Positions 39,655 through 52,050 of a DNA stretch of 53,527 nucleotides are shown here, piece after piece. Every line of letters starts with the position of its first letter. Position 1 is the first letter of the stretch. The notes beneath the pieces are model-generated. The model did not search any database. It was not told the DNA's origin and saw only the letters and a program-made list of their open reading frames with translations. Source of the DNA: Gnetum montanum (Eukaryota > Plantae > Gnetophyta); the NCBI GenBank assembly GCA_015680685.1, contig MNCI01000497.1, forward strand, positions 258,723-312,249, given 5' to 3'. The position numbers and the translations under genes are program-made.

Positions 39655-41512
39655 CCTGTTGAAGAGAATGAAGGTGCCTAGTAAGCTTGAGAATGAGACT
39701 CTTCTTTTAAGGTTTCTTTTCTCACAGAAACTTCTTCAATTTCCAATGCTTGGCTTCCTTTCACAAAGTTGTTGGAGAGAGTCTTCTCGTTCTAACATTC
39801 CTTCCTTTTGATTCTTCATAATCTCTTAACTCCCTTATCATTTTGTGTTATCCTCCATTCCTTTTTGCCTTGCAATATTTCCTTTCAAGGTGCATTTAGG
39901 TAAGATCAAGGAGTCTTATGATACAACCATATGTTCATGTGATAATATTTTAAATTGCACTCCCATTGCTTATGCCCAAATTTATTACAATAATAACATC
40001 TAACCTTCCTATAGTGGTTAAAGTGATTAAACCTTGGAGTTGCTCTTGGTTGAAATGTAGTGCCCATTGATTCTTCATTCTTTGGAGAAGCTTTTTGTTG
40101 AGATGGAGTTTGTGTAGATGTTTCCCAACCCACTCTTATCATGTGGACCTCTTTCTTGTACTAGAACCATTTGAAGGGACTCTTTTCCTTTGACTAGCAT
40201 TTGATTTTCAAGTTTGGCATATGTAAGTTCTTCCTTAATTTGCTCATAAGATTTGGTTAGCTCTTTATTCTCAGCCCTTAGGTTTGAGATTTATCTTGTT
40301 AGATTAGAGATTTTTATATTTAATGAAGAAATATTTTGATCCTTGGTTTTTACTTGCCTAGTCAACTTTACACAAATACTTTGAAGTGATAAGAGTTCCT
40401 TATACAATAATTCATACCTCTCTTTCTCGTTCTTAGATTGATCATCATCTAAGATGCCAACATCATCATTTGTGAGGGCCATGTAGATGAGGTATGAATC
40501 TTTTGGATAGTTCTCCACCTATTCTTCACTTTGTTCTTCATCATCCCAACTTGTAAAGAAGTTGGTATTTTTTATATCCACATAATTTCTGTCTTTCTGT
40601 TGTAACTTACCATTACTAGGACATTCAGAGGCCACATGGTCTCTTCCATAATAAACCTAACATTCTATCTAGGACGAGTCAAAGTTAGAGTTTGATGAAT
40701 ACTTACCTTTAACCTTAACTTTAGAGTTATATTGATTGGATACTTATTGATTGAAGCTCTTTTCTTTCTTGCAAGTATATGTTGAATTCTTCTTGATAGA
40801 AAAGCTATCTTCTCTTCGCTACTTACATCTTCATTAGTAGGTTCATTTTCCTTGGAGGCTGATTTTAGGGTAGTAGGATTTTCTTTTATTACCCCTTTGG
40901 TTATGAGGTTCATCTTATAAGTAATAAGAGCACTTTGAAGCTCTTCAAATTTTAGAACTGAAAAATCTCTAATCTCCTCCATGGCTGTAACCTTAGGTCT
41001 AAACTCAGGTTGGAGAGTTTGAATTATTTTTATTATTACATCACTCTTAGGTAGATCTTTACTAGTACCTCTAATTACTACAACTAAATCATTAGCCCTA
41101 GAAAAATAATCTTTACCTTCTCTCATTCTAAGTTTGTCATATTCACTTTGCACAACCAAAAGTTTAGATTTTTTAACTATGGATGTGTCATCATAAGTAG
41201 CCTCTAGTATTTTCCAAATTTCCTTAGTAGTTCTACAATCATCTATCCTATAAAATTCAAATTTATTTAATTCATAAGATAAATTTTTTTTTGCTTTGGA
41301 ATCATACATGAACTTAATCTATTTCTTTAGATGTCCACTTGCTTCATAGTTTGAGGGCCTTTATTGCACTGTCAATTAGTGGATTGAATCCTTTAAGAAT
41401 GGACTCCCGAACCTCAAACTCCATTGATTTGAAGAAGCCTTGCATCCTAGCCTTTTGGTAGGCAAAATTGAACCCATCAAACATAGGTGGCTTGGTGTAA
41501 GATGTTCCCTCA
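39655..41512 (-). pseudogene. Copia/SIRE-type gag remnant with two zinc knuckles, element 4
   Basis: EGTSYTKPPMFDGFNFAYQKARMQGFF, KEIWKILEATY, C*VYYGRDHVASEC, CYYCNKFGHKQWEC. Confidence 0.88.
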
Positions 41513-41569
41513 ATAGTTCACACTTAAATGTTGATGTTGAGCATAAGAGTACCAGGCTATGATACCACT

Positions 41570-42681
41570 TGAGGATTGAGAACTAAGAAGTGGGGTCAGG
41601 GTGGGGGGGAGTGGGGTGTGTGGTTGAATAAGTTTCCTAATAAAAATTTTTCTAGCCATACAAACACAACAAATTTTACATGGTTCCCCAATTTGGATAT
41701 GTCCACACTCAGAGGATATATTCCTTGCATACCTCTAGACTTTGTTTCTTCTAAAATGTGGTTTTAAGGACATCACACCATGGACAAGATCTAAGCTTTT
41801 CTTCAGAGTGTTTTGTCACTGCAAAATCACTCAATCCTGCAAGGTCTTAACAAGATTAGAATGTGATTTCAAGGATCCCACAACCTTTACAAAATTGAGG
41901 TCTGCTCCAAAATGCTTTGACGTTGCAAAACTACTTAATCTCGTAGGATCTCAACAAGTTTAATACAAATTCCTTATCATAAGAAGCACATCAACCCTAC
42001 ATGGCAATAAGAAAATAAATGACATTACAAGGAGAGAGTGTAACTCAATTTACAAATTCTTTTTAAAATGAAGTATAGTACACAACAAATTAAGCAAATG
42101 ATGTGACAATTCAAGTACACAAGTATAATAGCATAAGATAAACAATGATAGCTTTGATTTTGACAATGCTTTTTCAATACGTAAGAGATTGAAGTCTTCT
42201 TATAGCCTTGGAGTTTTTGAAAACTCTTCAGAATTCATGCAATGACGATCTAATGGCTAGTGTAGATGTATTCTTTGAGATTGGAATGTCTCTTTGAAAT
42301 CAACTATAATTTGGGAAGGTGTCTCCTTTACAAGTGGGATGTCTCTTAGGAGATGTCTCTATAAAGACATTTCTTATGCAATGGAGACATCTCCTAAAAA
42401 TAGTAGACATGTTCTTAATTTGTGCACTTTGTCTTTTGAGGCTTCATCTCATCAATTTGTCTTTTTTCCACTCCTTGAAGTATCTTAATTTTTGACTTGT
42501 AGCCTTCATTTTTATTCATGATTGTCCATGCTCTCATCTTTCCCAAGTAGTCTTCATTTTGACATCTCTTTGTAGAGCTCATTTCTTGAGTTCTAATTCA
42601 TGCCTTGTAAAATCATCCCATTCTATAAATATTCTATGTTCTCCAATTTCCTTAAGGTTTTGACATACCAAAAGGTCAACA
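41570..42681 (-). repeat. 5' LTR of element 4
   Basis: TGTTGACC...TCCTCA on minus, homologous to the element 2 LTRs. Confidence 0.88.
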
Positions 42682-43629
42682 AATTTTTTTATGTAGCTCA
42701 ACCAATTACCAACACTAAAGTTAAGGCTAAATAATTACCATGGCAAGATTTATATAATAGTAATTTTAATTCTTTTTATAACATAAATATTAATTCTTAA
42801 TAAATCAATTCTAGAATTTTATTAGTTTGAAAAAGAAAAAGATTCTCTTGGCTAAATATTAGATATATATCATAAATCATCATCATCATTCTATCCTTGG
42901 CCTAACATATCATAAATATATAGCTAAACTAGTATATGTGATATTTGAAATTTAAACTTAAATTTGATTATCTTTGTCAATGTTAAGGATTTGTGTATAT
43001 TATAAGAATTTTGTAGAACTTTTTTTTGGAAATTTTGGTGAATATTTATGCATGATAGTATAATATTTATTATTAGTGATACAAATATCTTATATGATAG
43101 ATATATAATCTAGTTTAATGAATTTAATGATAGTTAGATCAAATAATTACTTCATTATTTGATAAGTATTATGCAAACAAGAGAACTCAAGTTTAAATCA
43201 TACATAACACATCTACATGTTCTACCTAAGTTATACTATAAAGTATTACATTGATACTTCCTTCTTCTCTTACTTCCTTTTGAAAAAAAGTCTAGTTCAA
43301 GGTAATCAATAATTAATAATAACATCATATATAGATAATTAGAGGCGTCTCATTGTCTAGCATCAAGTATTATGTAAGTAAGAGATTTCTAGTTGTACTC
43401 ACCCTTAAGGCTCTTTTATGTTTCATCTATGTTTAATTATATTATAATGTTAGCTATATGACTTTGAGGTATGTATAGTTATAAGGTTCAACATTTTAAG
43501 ATTTAGTAATAGGTTAATTGTTATGCTTGTTAATTTGTTTTTAATAGGCTAAAATTGTTAGCTATGTTTAAGGGGTTGTTAAAAGTTGAAATAATTGAAA
43601 CATAGGTATACTCCAAGATTTATAAAAGT

Positions 43630-43717
43630 TTATAACTCAATGCTACCTAGTAGAATTAAACCCATGACTTGGGGTTACCATGCCAAGACCTGCACCACTA
43701 GGCTAAGACCTCATTGT
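43630..43717 (-). repeat. Degenerate tRNA-derived (SINE-like) head, copy 2
   Basis: On minus, TAGCCTAGTGG (A-box-like) and GGTTTAATTCT (B-box-like) at tRNA-like spacing. Confidence 0.55.
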
Positions 43718-43849
43718 TAGTTTTAGTTATGTTCAAGATATTATTATACTTTTATTTAAGTTATTTTTAAGTATTTTATTGGTTAGGGGTGGGGGAGGGA
43801 TGTTAGGCTGCAAAGAAATGAACAATATTATTAAAAAAATTTAGAATAC

Positions 43850-45640
43850 CTTAGATCATCGAAGAGATAGTCTAAAGAAAATGCCTAATAGCTTTCGGAA
43901 TGTTTTTTTAGATTTTCATCCTTACAACCAATCTTTAAAAACCTATCTTTTGGGGTAGGAAAAGGATTTGACCTTGCCCTTATTTAGAAGTGCGCTCATG
44001 TGGTCTCACTTCTTGCTAAAGGGTCCCTTGTAAAGAGAAGAAAAAAAGTATCTCTACAGAAAAAATAATACATCAATAAGAGATAAAGAAAAAATAGCTA
44101 AATAAGTTGAAAGATTTCCATCCTTGAGCCTCTAAAACAAAAAGAAATTAATATTTTAGGAAAAAAATTATTTGTTTAGCTTTCACTAGAAGCTTTTTTG
44201 CTTGAAGTTATCACTAAAAAATGACATATTTGAGAATATAGTATTCAACACTTGAAGAAAGATCATAGTTATTTAGTTACAAAATAGCTACACATCAGAG
44301 CTTTGAAATATAGAAGAGAACAAGTGGCTGAAGAAAATTCCAAATGCAAATAAATGAAGTAGATAAAGCAGGCTAATCACCAAGTATGACTTTGTTGTTA
44401 CTTGATTGAAAGTTATAAATTCTAGATATCCATTTTCAAGTATGTTGAGTAATAGGGCATTCAAAAATAATGAGAAAATGAGAATTCACTTCTATAAAGA
44501 GGACATTGAGGAGAAACATTTCCTATATGTTTAATACAAGTGTTGATAAAAAGGGCTTAATGAATAAGATACCATAGAAAAATATGAATTTTAGGAAATA
44601 TAGGAGCTTTTCAAATAATCTTTTATTTTCCTCATCCAAAAGTGACGTGATTAGTATATTTTCCAAGCCTGATTATATTTTTTATGAATAAAATCATTCT
44701 TTGTAATAATCTCATAAGAAACTTTCAAATTAAAAGGAAAAATATATTTGCTATCCTTTCAAAAATATCTTGAAAAGCCTGATAAAAATTGTTGTCAACT
44801 TTAAATAATTTTTTAAGATTAGAAATTAAATTTTCAAAATTATATTTCCTCTTTCTATTTAAGCCACATAGGCTAGAATCTTCATTCTAAATAATCCATT
44901 TATCATGCATATGTAGGTAAGACACTATAGTGATATCAAATTTTCTCCTAGTGGTACACAGTTTAGATGCATTAGTAGCCCAAGCTCCTTCATTAAATTG
45001 AAGCACCATGGGATAATGTGCTTCAGCTTATCTTTTAAAATTGTAATATGATTGTAATTTCAATATTTACTAAGCTTGTACCATATCTTTCAAATTTATT
45101 TAACAATTTAAAAAGTAGGAATAGAAAAGGCCTAAGGAAAAAGAAGATAGTGAAGAAAGTTATTAGAAGACCAACTATTATCATTATTAGTTTTTCCTTA
45201 CATAAGTTTGTTTTTTAAAAGGAGCATCTGAATATTGTCTTTATTAATGTACTTTTCAATTCATGTTGCTACAAGAGAAATAGCTTGGTTATAAAAATTA
45301 ATGAGGCCAAGTCCTCCATCTTTTTTGCTACTAGTACAAATATCTTAGGAAACTCTAGAAAAACCTTTTCTATGTTGCTTAGTAAACCAATGAAAATGAT
45401 GGATAATATAATCATTTTTCTCATAGGAATTTTTACAAGGAGCTCAAAAATTGGATTAATAAACATGGGTTGATTGAAGTGTTTGATTAATAACTAAAAC
45501 TTTGTCAACAAGGGTGAGTCTTTTTCCTTTCCATTTATAAAGCTTTTTTATAATTTTATCAACCACGTAATTTTATAAAATAGTAAGATTAGGCTTAAAA
45601 GAAAAAGGTATTACTAAAATTTTGAAGATATAATCTTTTT
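43850..45640 (-). mobile_element. Plant L1-clade LINE, 3' part of ORF2 (degenerate, 5'-truncated)
   Basis: VVDKIIKKLYKWKGKRLTLVDKVLVINQTLQSTHVY, RVS*DICTSSKKDGGLGLINF..QAISLVAT*I, zf-RVT-like IFECPITQHT*KWI. 3' boundary approximate. Confidence 0.8.
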
Positions 45641-47261
45641 CAAGATTAAGAATGAAGATTGAACTAGGTTAAATATCTAATAATGTGATATTTGTACTTG
45701 AAATTGAAATTTTATTATCATTGAAGACCTTAAGAATTTTTTTAAATTACAAGAATTTTGTAGAACTTGTTTTAGAAACTATAACTATCAACTAATAATT
45801 ATAAACATCATTTAAAAGAATGAAGATGATAAGCATGAAGTAAATAAATGAATTTTGAACATTGAAAGAAGTTGGTCACTAGTATCATATATACAAATAA
45901 AGTACCCTTGAATTTTTAAATGGTATACTAAGGAATACAAGGAGTAATTAGTTTTATTTATAATAACTAATGAAAGAGTGTTTTAGGAGACAAGGTGTGA
46001 TCACTATAATATAGGATGTAGTTTCTTTAAGAAGAAGAGAAGATCCAAGTTGTACCATACATAGCTTGGTCTAGTTTCTTAAATAAGAAGAGAAGGTTGA
46101 TTATAAGATTATAATGGAATAAAAAAGAAATTCTTATGAGAATCAATTCATAAGCATAGTAAAGTTAACTTGATGTAGATTTAGTAAAGGACAAGAGAAG
46201 TCAATGAAGTTAAGTTAGAGATAAATTAATGAACTATATGTCTGGATGTGAAGTTGAGTTTGCATAGAAATTAGTAAAGTATGAAAGTACAGTTGCAAGA
46301 ATAACCTAAACAAAGACATTCATAACTTATCTATAAGCTGTGAACAATGGTTGAAACAAAAATGTTCATATTACAACCAATGTTATGAAAGAAATTAATA
46401 CTATATGATAAATAAGAAACCTTACCAATGGATGTTATGGTGTATGAATATGATAAGAATGTTATGTTTAAGTTATAATGATATTATTCTTAGTTATGAA
46501 TAGTGCATTCCTCTTGTAAATGATGCTAAGGCAACGACTTTGTATGATGAGTACAACAAAATTCAATGAAAATTCAGCAATATGTAACTTAGATCTTCCA
46601 AATGAAGAGAATTACCACTAGGTTAATACTTCATAATCATGAGATTTTAATGTTAATTCTTAATAATATAGATACCATGTATAATAGGTATTCAATCAAT
46701 TTTAATGTAGCTAATAAGGTGTTAACATAGAGGTAAAACTCTTGATTTGATAGCTCTACATAATGGGCTCGATTTTACTGGGTAATATTAAGTTATAATA
46801 TTCTAATTTGAATATATATCTTGGGGATTAAAATTGATTAAAATTTTTTCAAGTTCTAACACCCCTCATAGTATAATGTAGTTAAGGATATGATTTCATT
46901 ATCTAATAAATGCTGTATAGGGAAGAGGCTACAAGTTTAAATCATACTTGGGGCACCTTCATATTCTATTTAAGTTGTACCAAAGTATTGTGTTGACCAC
47001 CTCTTCTCCTTTTACTTTTATTTAGGAAAAATAAAAAACTTTAGTTTAAGGTAATCATGCTTTGATAAAATTGACTCGAATTTGTATGCAAAACACCTTT
47101 AAGAGATGATTCAAGAATTATAATCCATGCTTGATAAATTATTTTTGTTACATCATAGTTTCATTTGCAAATAAATTCATGCACAAAATATTAGGTGATG
47201 TTGGAATTTCAAAATAATTGTAATATAGGTACACCCTAAGATATATAATCTAATTAGAATT

Positions 47262-47348
47262 TTATAACTTAGCATTGCTTACTAGAATCGAATCCATGAC
47301 TTTAAGCTTTCAAATCAAGAGTTTTACCACTAGATGAACACCTCATTA
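47262..47348 (-). repeat. Degenerate tRNA-derived (SINE-like) head, copy 3
   Basis: On minus, CTAGTGGTAA followed by GGATTCGATTCT. Similar to copies 1 and 2. Confidence 0.55.
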
Positions 47349-48699
47349 TTTCATGTTTACAATATCATCATTTAAGATCAATAAATAAGGAATCACCTAC
47401 TTTTGACCTTATATAAAATATCACTAATTTTAAACTAAATGATTTTTAACTAGGTCTTTCACTAAGATTTCTACTTAGCACTTGCATGCATTATATAACT
47501 TCAGTCTCTTATGTTACATGCTCTTGTACCCATAACATCTACATAAAGGATATGCAAGAAAGAGTTATTGCTCATTCACCACAGAAAAAACCAAGGCTCT
47601 TGAGTCTCCTAGATAAATGAAGTTAAGGATTAAATAAAGTTTATATTTATAGTAATAGATGTTAATATCATAACATCAATATACATACAATCATGTAAAT
47701 GAATGTAAACCACTTGAACACTAAGAAAACTATAGGACTAGCCCTCTCTAAAAGAAAAATGATAAAAAAGTATTAATGCAACTTGCAACATGTCTAATTC
47801 CAGTTGCTTGAATCCTATGCCTAGCATGATAGATAGTAGCAAATTCATTGTCTAAATCAAGATTGGTGCTAGAAGTGTATTAACAATTCCATAATGTTTT
47901 GGTAGAACATGAATCTAAAAAAGGTACTTATACTTCCTTTCTTTGATAGGATTGGGCATGTGGTAAGAATCACACTAAGGCATTCTAGTGAAGGATAACA
48001 TAATCAATTCAACCTATCCATCATCAACTAGCTTACATCTCTTAGTGCTAGCCCTAAATACAATTAATTAATCATACACTACATTGGCACGAACATAGCA
48101 TGTGAGTAAAATGATGGTAAGGAAGCTATAATAACTGGAACCTGCATATTACCAACATGTACATCTAAGTAAGAAGTATAAAAATATTACAAGAGACCTC
48201 TCTAAGTGACTTGAATTCTTAACTACATAAATTAAACATATTCTAGCATCAAATGCCATTTAATACAAAAAAAAAAACTATATTGTGAACTTAGCAGCAG
48301 TTCATTATGACACATAAAATTTATTGCTTGTTTAACTATGATCTTAGTGTAAGATGATCGAAAGTGCAACTTTCAACTTTTTGCCTCATTGTAACTTGAT
48401 AACAAGTACACTACAAGCTCTTGAAGTTGAATCATGAAGTAATTATGGTTGCATCATGAAGACATCATGACCTATAGAATCCCTAAACATAAGTTTCACT
48501 TTTGTCAAAAATTGTAGAATCCCTTGTTTTTAGTCCATTACAACTCAATATTTAAGTACACACATACACATGTGATATTTTTAATGAAGTATAATGTGCA
48601 CATCAATTGGCACAAGGAAATCACCTACTTGCTTAAGCTACAAAGACCATGAATCTTGCTACTATTGTCCATGGACATGTTTTGTTAAATCTAATTGAA

Positions 48700-50100
48700 T
48701 AACTAGATCATTTAATTTACCTATCATCTTATTCAAAGTCTTTGCCACTAGATTACTCTTCCTTAATTTATACTATATAGTAAAATAAAAATTAGCTAAT
48801 AACTCCATCCATCTTCTTTATTGGTCCATCGAGTATTGTAGACCCTTGTGATTAGATCAAATAGTTAACTTTTCACTTTATAAATAGTGACATTAAATAT
48901 TTAAAGTAAAAATAATTTCTTTGCGACTCAACATCAAGTGTTGTATACCTAGTTTAGTGTGGCTTTAGTTATCTAGAAGCATAGGCCACTACCTTATCAT
49001 ATTACATCAACATATAATGAAAGCCTTTACTTGATGCATCTATGCATACATCATGCAACATACCTAGGGTGGGGAAAATAAAAATTGGAGTAGAGATCAA
49101 CTTGTACTTCAACTCATCAAAAGATGCTTGGCAAGAAAAGGTCCAAGTAAAGCTTAACTCTTTCCTAAAAAGCTTAGTTAATGGAGAGATAGTTCTAGCG
49201 AAAATTTCAACACATCTTCTCTAATAACCTTTTAAGCCATGTAAACTCCTAAATCCCTTAACAAACATGGGAATAGACCAATCTTATACCCTTATTATCA
49301 TTGCATGGTCTACTCTAATATCTACTTTGCAAAGAACATGTTCTATAAATTGTATCTTAGTCTTCAAAGAAGAACATTTTGTTAGTTACACATAAAGTTG
49401 ATTCTCTATAAGAGTTCATAAAATTATCCAAAAGTATTACTCATATAATTGCATATCTTTAGCATACACCAAATATCATCAATAAATAAAATAACAAATT
49501 GGTTCAAGTATGGTCTCATCACGTTATTCATCAAGATATAAACACTGTTAATGCTTTTTTAAGTTCTAAAGGTAAAACTAGAAACTCATAGTGTTCATAC
49601 CATGTTTCAAAAACTATTTGCAAAATATATTCCTTCTTGATCCCCACTTGATTATAACCTAATTAAAGCTCAATTTTTGAAAATATCTTAACTTCTTTTA
49701 GTTAATCAAATAAATCATCTATCCTTAGTAATGGATATTTATTGTTTATAGTAATTTGATTTAACTGCATGTAGTCAATGCATAACCTTAGGCTTCCAAT
49801 TTTCTCATAAAAAGCACCAGTGAACCTCATGTAAAAATATTAGATCTAATTGAGTCCTTGTTCAACAACTCCTATAATTACATTTTTAGTTTATCCAACT
49901 CCACTAGTAACATCATGTGTAGTGCTTTAGAAATCGGTTTAATGCCTAGTTTAAGGTCAAACTAAAACTCCACCTCTCATCTAGGAGGAAAACTTGAAAT
50001 TTCTAACTTGAATACATTTGAAAATTCTCGAATAACTAGTATTTGATTAGTCTTTCTTGTAGGTTCATTATTGACTTTCACAACATAAAAACTATGTTAT
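48700..50100 (-). pseudogene. Tekay-like gypsy pol fragment (RT, RNase H)
   Basis: VIREFSNVF..PPR*EVEF..PISKA, VILFIDDIW, IDASSKG..VVAYASR*LKPH, RRWMELL..SNLVAKTL. Confidence 0.85.
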
Positions 50101-50104
50101 TTTT

Positions 50105-50485
50105 GCATCATCTATCCCTTAGAGGCTATTCAACATTGCCACCACAATTAGGCCTATCATTGGCTAGAAGAGATGACTAGTCTTCTTTCTGTCTTGGTTC
50201 ACCCAGCACTTATTACTCACCTTTATTGGCTTTGTAACTCCATGCTAATAAATCCTCTAATGCATGGGTATAAATACCTTAGGTAAAACCCCCAAAGGTC
50301 ACCTTGAGAGACATACCTCTTATTACAATGAACCCTTTCACTTCTTAATTACAACTTGTCATTTTGAGTCTTATTATAATAAACATAATGTTAGTTATGA
50401 AGAGAAACCATCTTCATTATTCAGGGGCACCATTTGAGAATGGGGATGTGATAATCTACCCTTAGATTTCATTCGTTCTCGAATG
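50105..50485 (-). mobile_element. Tekay-type hairpin/PPT/LTR junction and LTR fragment
   Basis: Minus strand reads CATTCGAGAACGAATG (hairpin) AAATCTAAGGGTAGAT TATCACATCCCC. Left end unclear. The only obvious TATA (50268-50277) is on plus, so orientation is not fully certain. Confidence 0.55.
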
Positions 50486-50909
50486 AGTCCACATTCATTA
50501 TCTTTCTTTATCTCTAATTCTTCTTCCATACTCCTATGCTCTAATACTTTGGTTTCTTCTTTTAATTTGAAGTTTTATCTCCTAACATCTTCTTGCCTAT
50601 TCTACAAATAAAATATAAGTGAGAAGGATATATGGGGAAGAAATATTATTTTATTAATACTTAACTTATTCTTGAAGATAATGACATGAGGTAAATTAAA
50701 GGTCTACCAACCACTAATCACTAGTCCTAACTAGGATCACACAAAGTGCAACTGATATTTGGTTACCAAAGTGAAGGTAGGGAAAATCCTTTATTTTCAA
50801 CTTGCATTCTATTAACATATTTTACTTACCTAAATAGAATATAAATTAAGTAGAAAATAGAAAGATTATAAATAAAAGTAAGGTTAAGATACTCCCTGAT
50901 GTTGATAAA

Positions 50910-52050
50910 CCTCAGTGATTAATGAAAGTAATTGTAGTTTTACCTTATATGATTGGATGGTATTGTTCAAGATAGAAGGGCTTGATCTTACTTCTCAATT
51001 TCTTTCTTAGGAATGAACTTTGATAGCTTGGGAACTTGAAAGAATCAGGGTGTCATACCAGATGTAGTCTAGGATCTTGATGAAGAATGATGTTGACCCA
51101 TCTTCATTAATAATGGTAGTATAATTGGTAAACTATGATTCATGATTAATTCTATCCAATAACATCATATGTTCTTGAATTTTTGAATTTGACTTATCTA
51201 TTGAAGATTCAAAGTAAGTAGAATATTCATTGACCAATGGAATTGCATGCCAAACTGATGGGAACATCTTCTTAAAATCGGGTGCATCTTTCAAGGATTC
51301 TTTTACATATCCATATTTTAAAAAATGATTAATAATACTTCTAAATTTTGTGTTGAAGTCTCCATAGAGGATGAATGACATTGGATTCATATCTAACTAG
51401 GTTAGGAATAACTTACTCTTCAAAATTCCTCTATGTGGTTAATCAAGTATGCCACTTGGCAAAGTCTAACATTTGAACATGTTTATTTGGTAATTAAGTG
51501 TGTGTTAAGTACACATACATGTCTTTTTAAGTAGATTTTAAATATCAATGCCAAGGCTATATGGTTTCTTTAGAATCTTGACCATTCTTTCTTTCCCATT
51601 AATCAAAGTTCTTGAATCTCAAAGATCATATCTTCTAATTTCCATTCAAACCTTTGTACTAATTTGAACCTAGCTTCTTTATAAAAGATCATGCAACCAT
51701 CCACGTTGTGATTTCTATAATAGGCTAATCTGTATGGCTCTAATGAAGAAATTTCATAAGAACCTTTTTGTTCATAAATATCTTTATATTCCATCTTTGT
51801 ACATTTGGATAGAATTAGTGTAGGAATTCCCATGATAAGATGTCATGTAGATAGAAGAAATTAATAGCGAAATCTTGTAACTCTACTAAGATGTGTGAGT
51901 ATTGATACTCGCTAGTTCAAAGCCCATGATGGACATAATGGATGTTATTTCTTTCTAGCTAGAGATCTTGCAACCACATTGTATGTCGTAACTTTCATTA
52001 TTGTTCTTGAATTCTTTCCTAGGTCATTTCTCTTCATTGGTATCATACAC
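50910..52050 (-). pseudogene. CCR4-family deadenylase (EEP superfamily) catalytic domain, intronless, disabled by stops and frameshifts
   Basis: Motifs in order: TYNVVA, HPLCPSWAL, FFYLHD (~CLQE), VDGCMIFYK..RF, NHIALAL, VCVLNTHL, NVRLCQV..L, ILYGDFN, LDYIWY, AL..TIPSNHI (~SDH). Confidence 0.85.

Larger units (their letters stand above)
36827..42681 (-). mobile_element. SIRE-like non-autonomous element 4 (gag plus env-like ORF, no pol, 3' LTR missing)
   Basis: 5' LTR 41570-42681, PBS TGGTATCATAGC (41556-41567), upstream PPT copy CCAAAAAGGGGGAGAT (~37594-37609), same organisation as element 2. Left boundary uncertain. Confidence 0.82.

Noticed and set aside
43630-43717. Functional tRNA gene
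   Set aside because: Boxes are degenerate and I could not fold a convincing cloverleaf, so it is treated as a SINE-like relic
50110-50466. ATCTA(T)CCCTTAGA near-repeat at 50110 and 50454 as a TSD
   Set aside because: Imperfect, too long for an LTR-element TSD, and the second copy is the PPT itself
51133-51390. GDFN motif read as a LINE APE endonuclease
   Set aside because: The CPSWAL, DGC.IFYK, NTHL and LDYIWY motifs fit the CCR4 type, and no RT follows in frame
50910-52050. Functional host CCR4 gene
   Set aside because: Several in-frame stops and frameshifts, and altered catalytic motifs (LHD for LQE, SNH for SDH)
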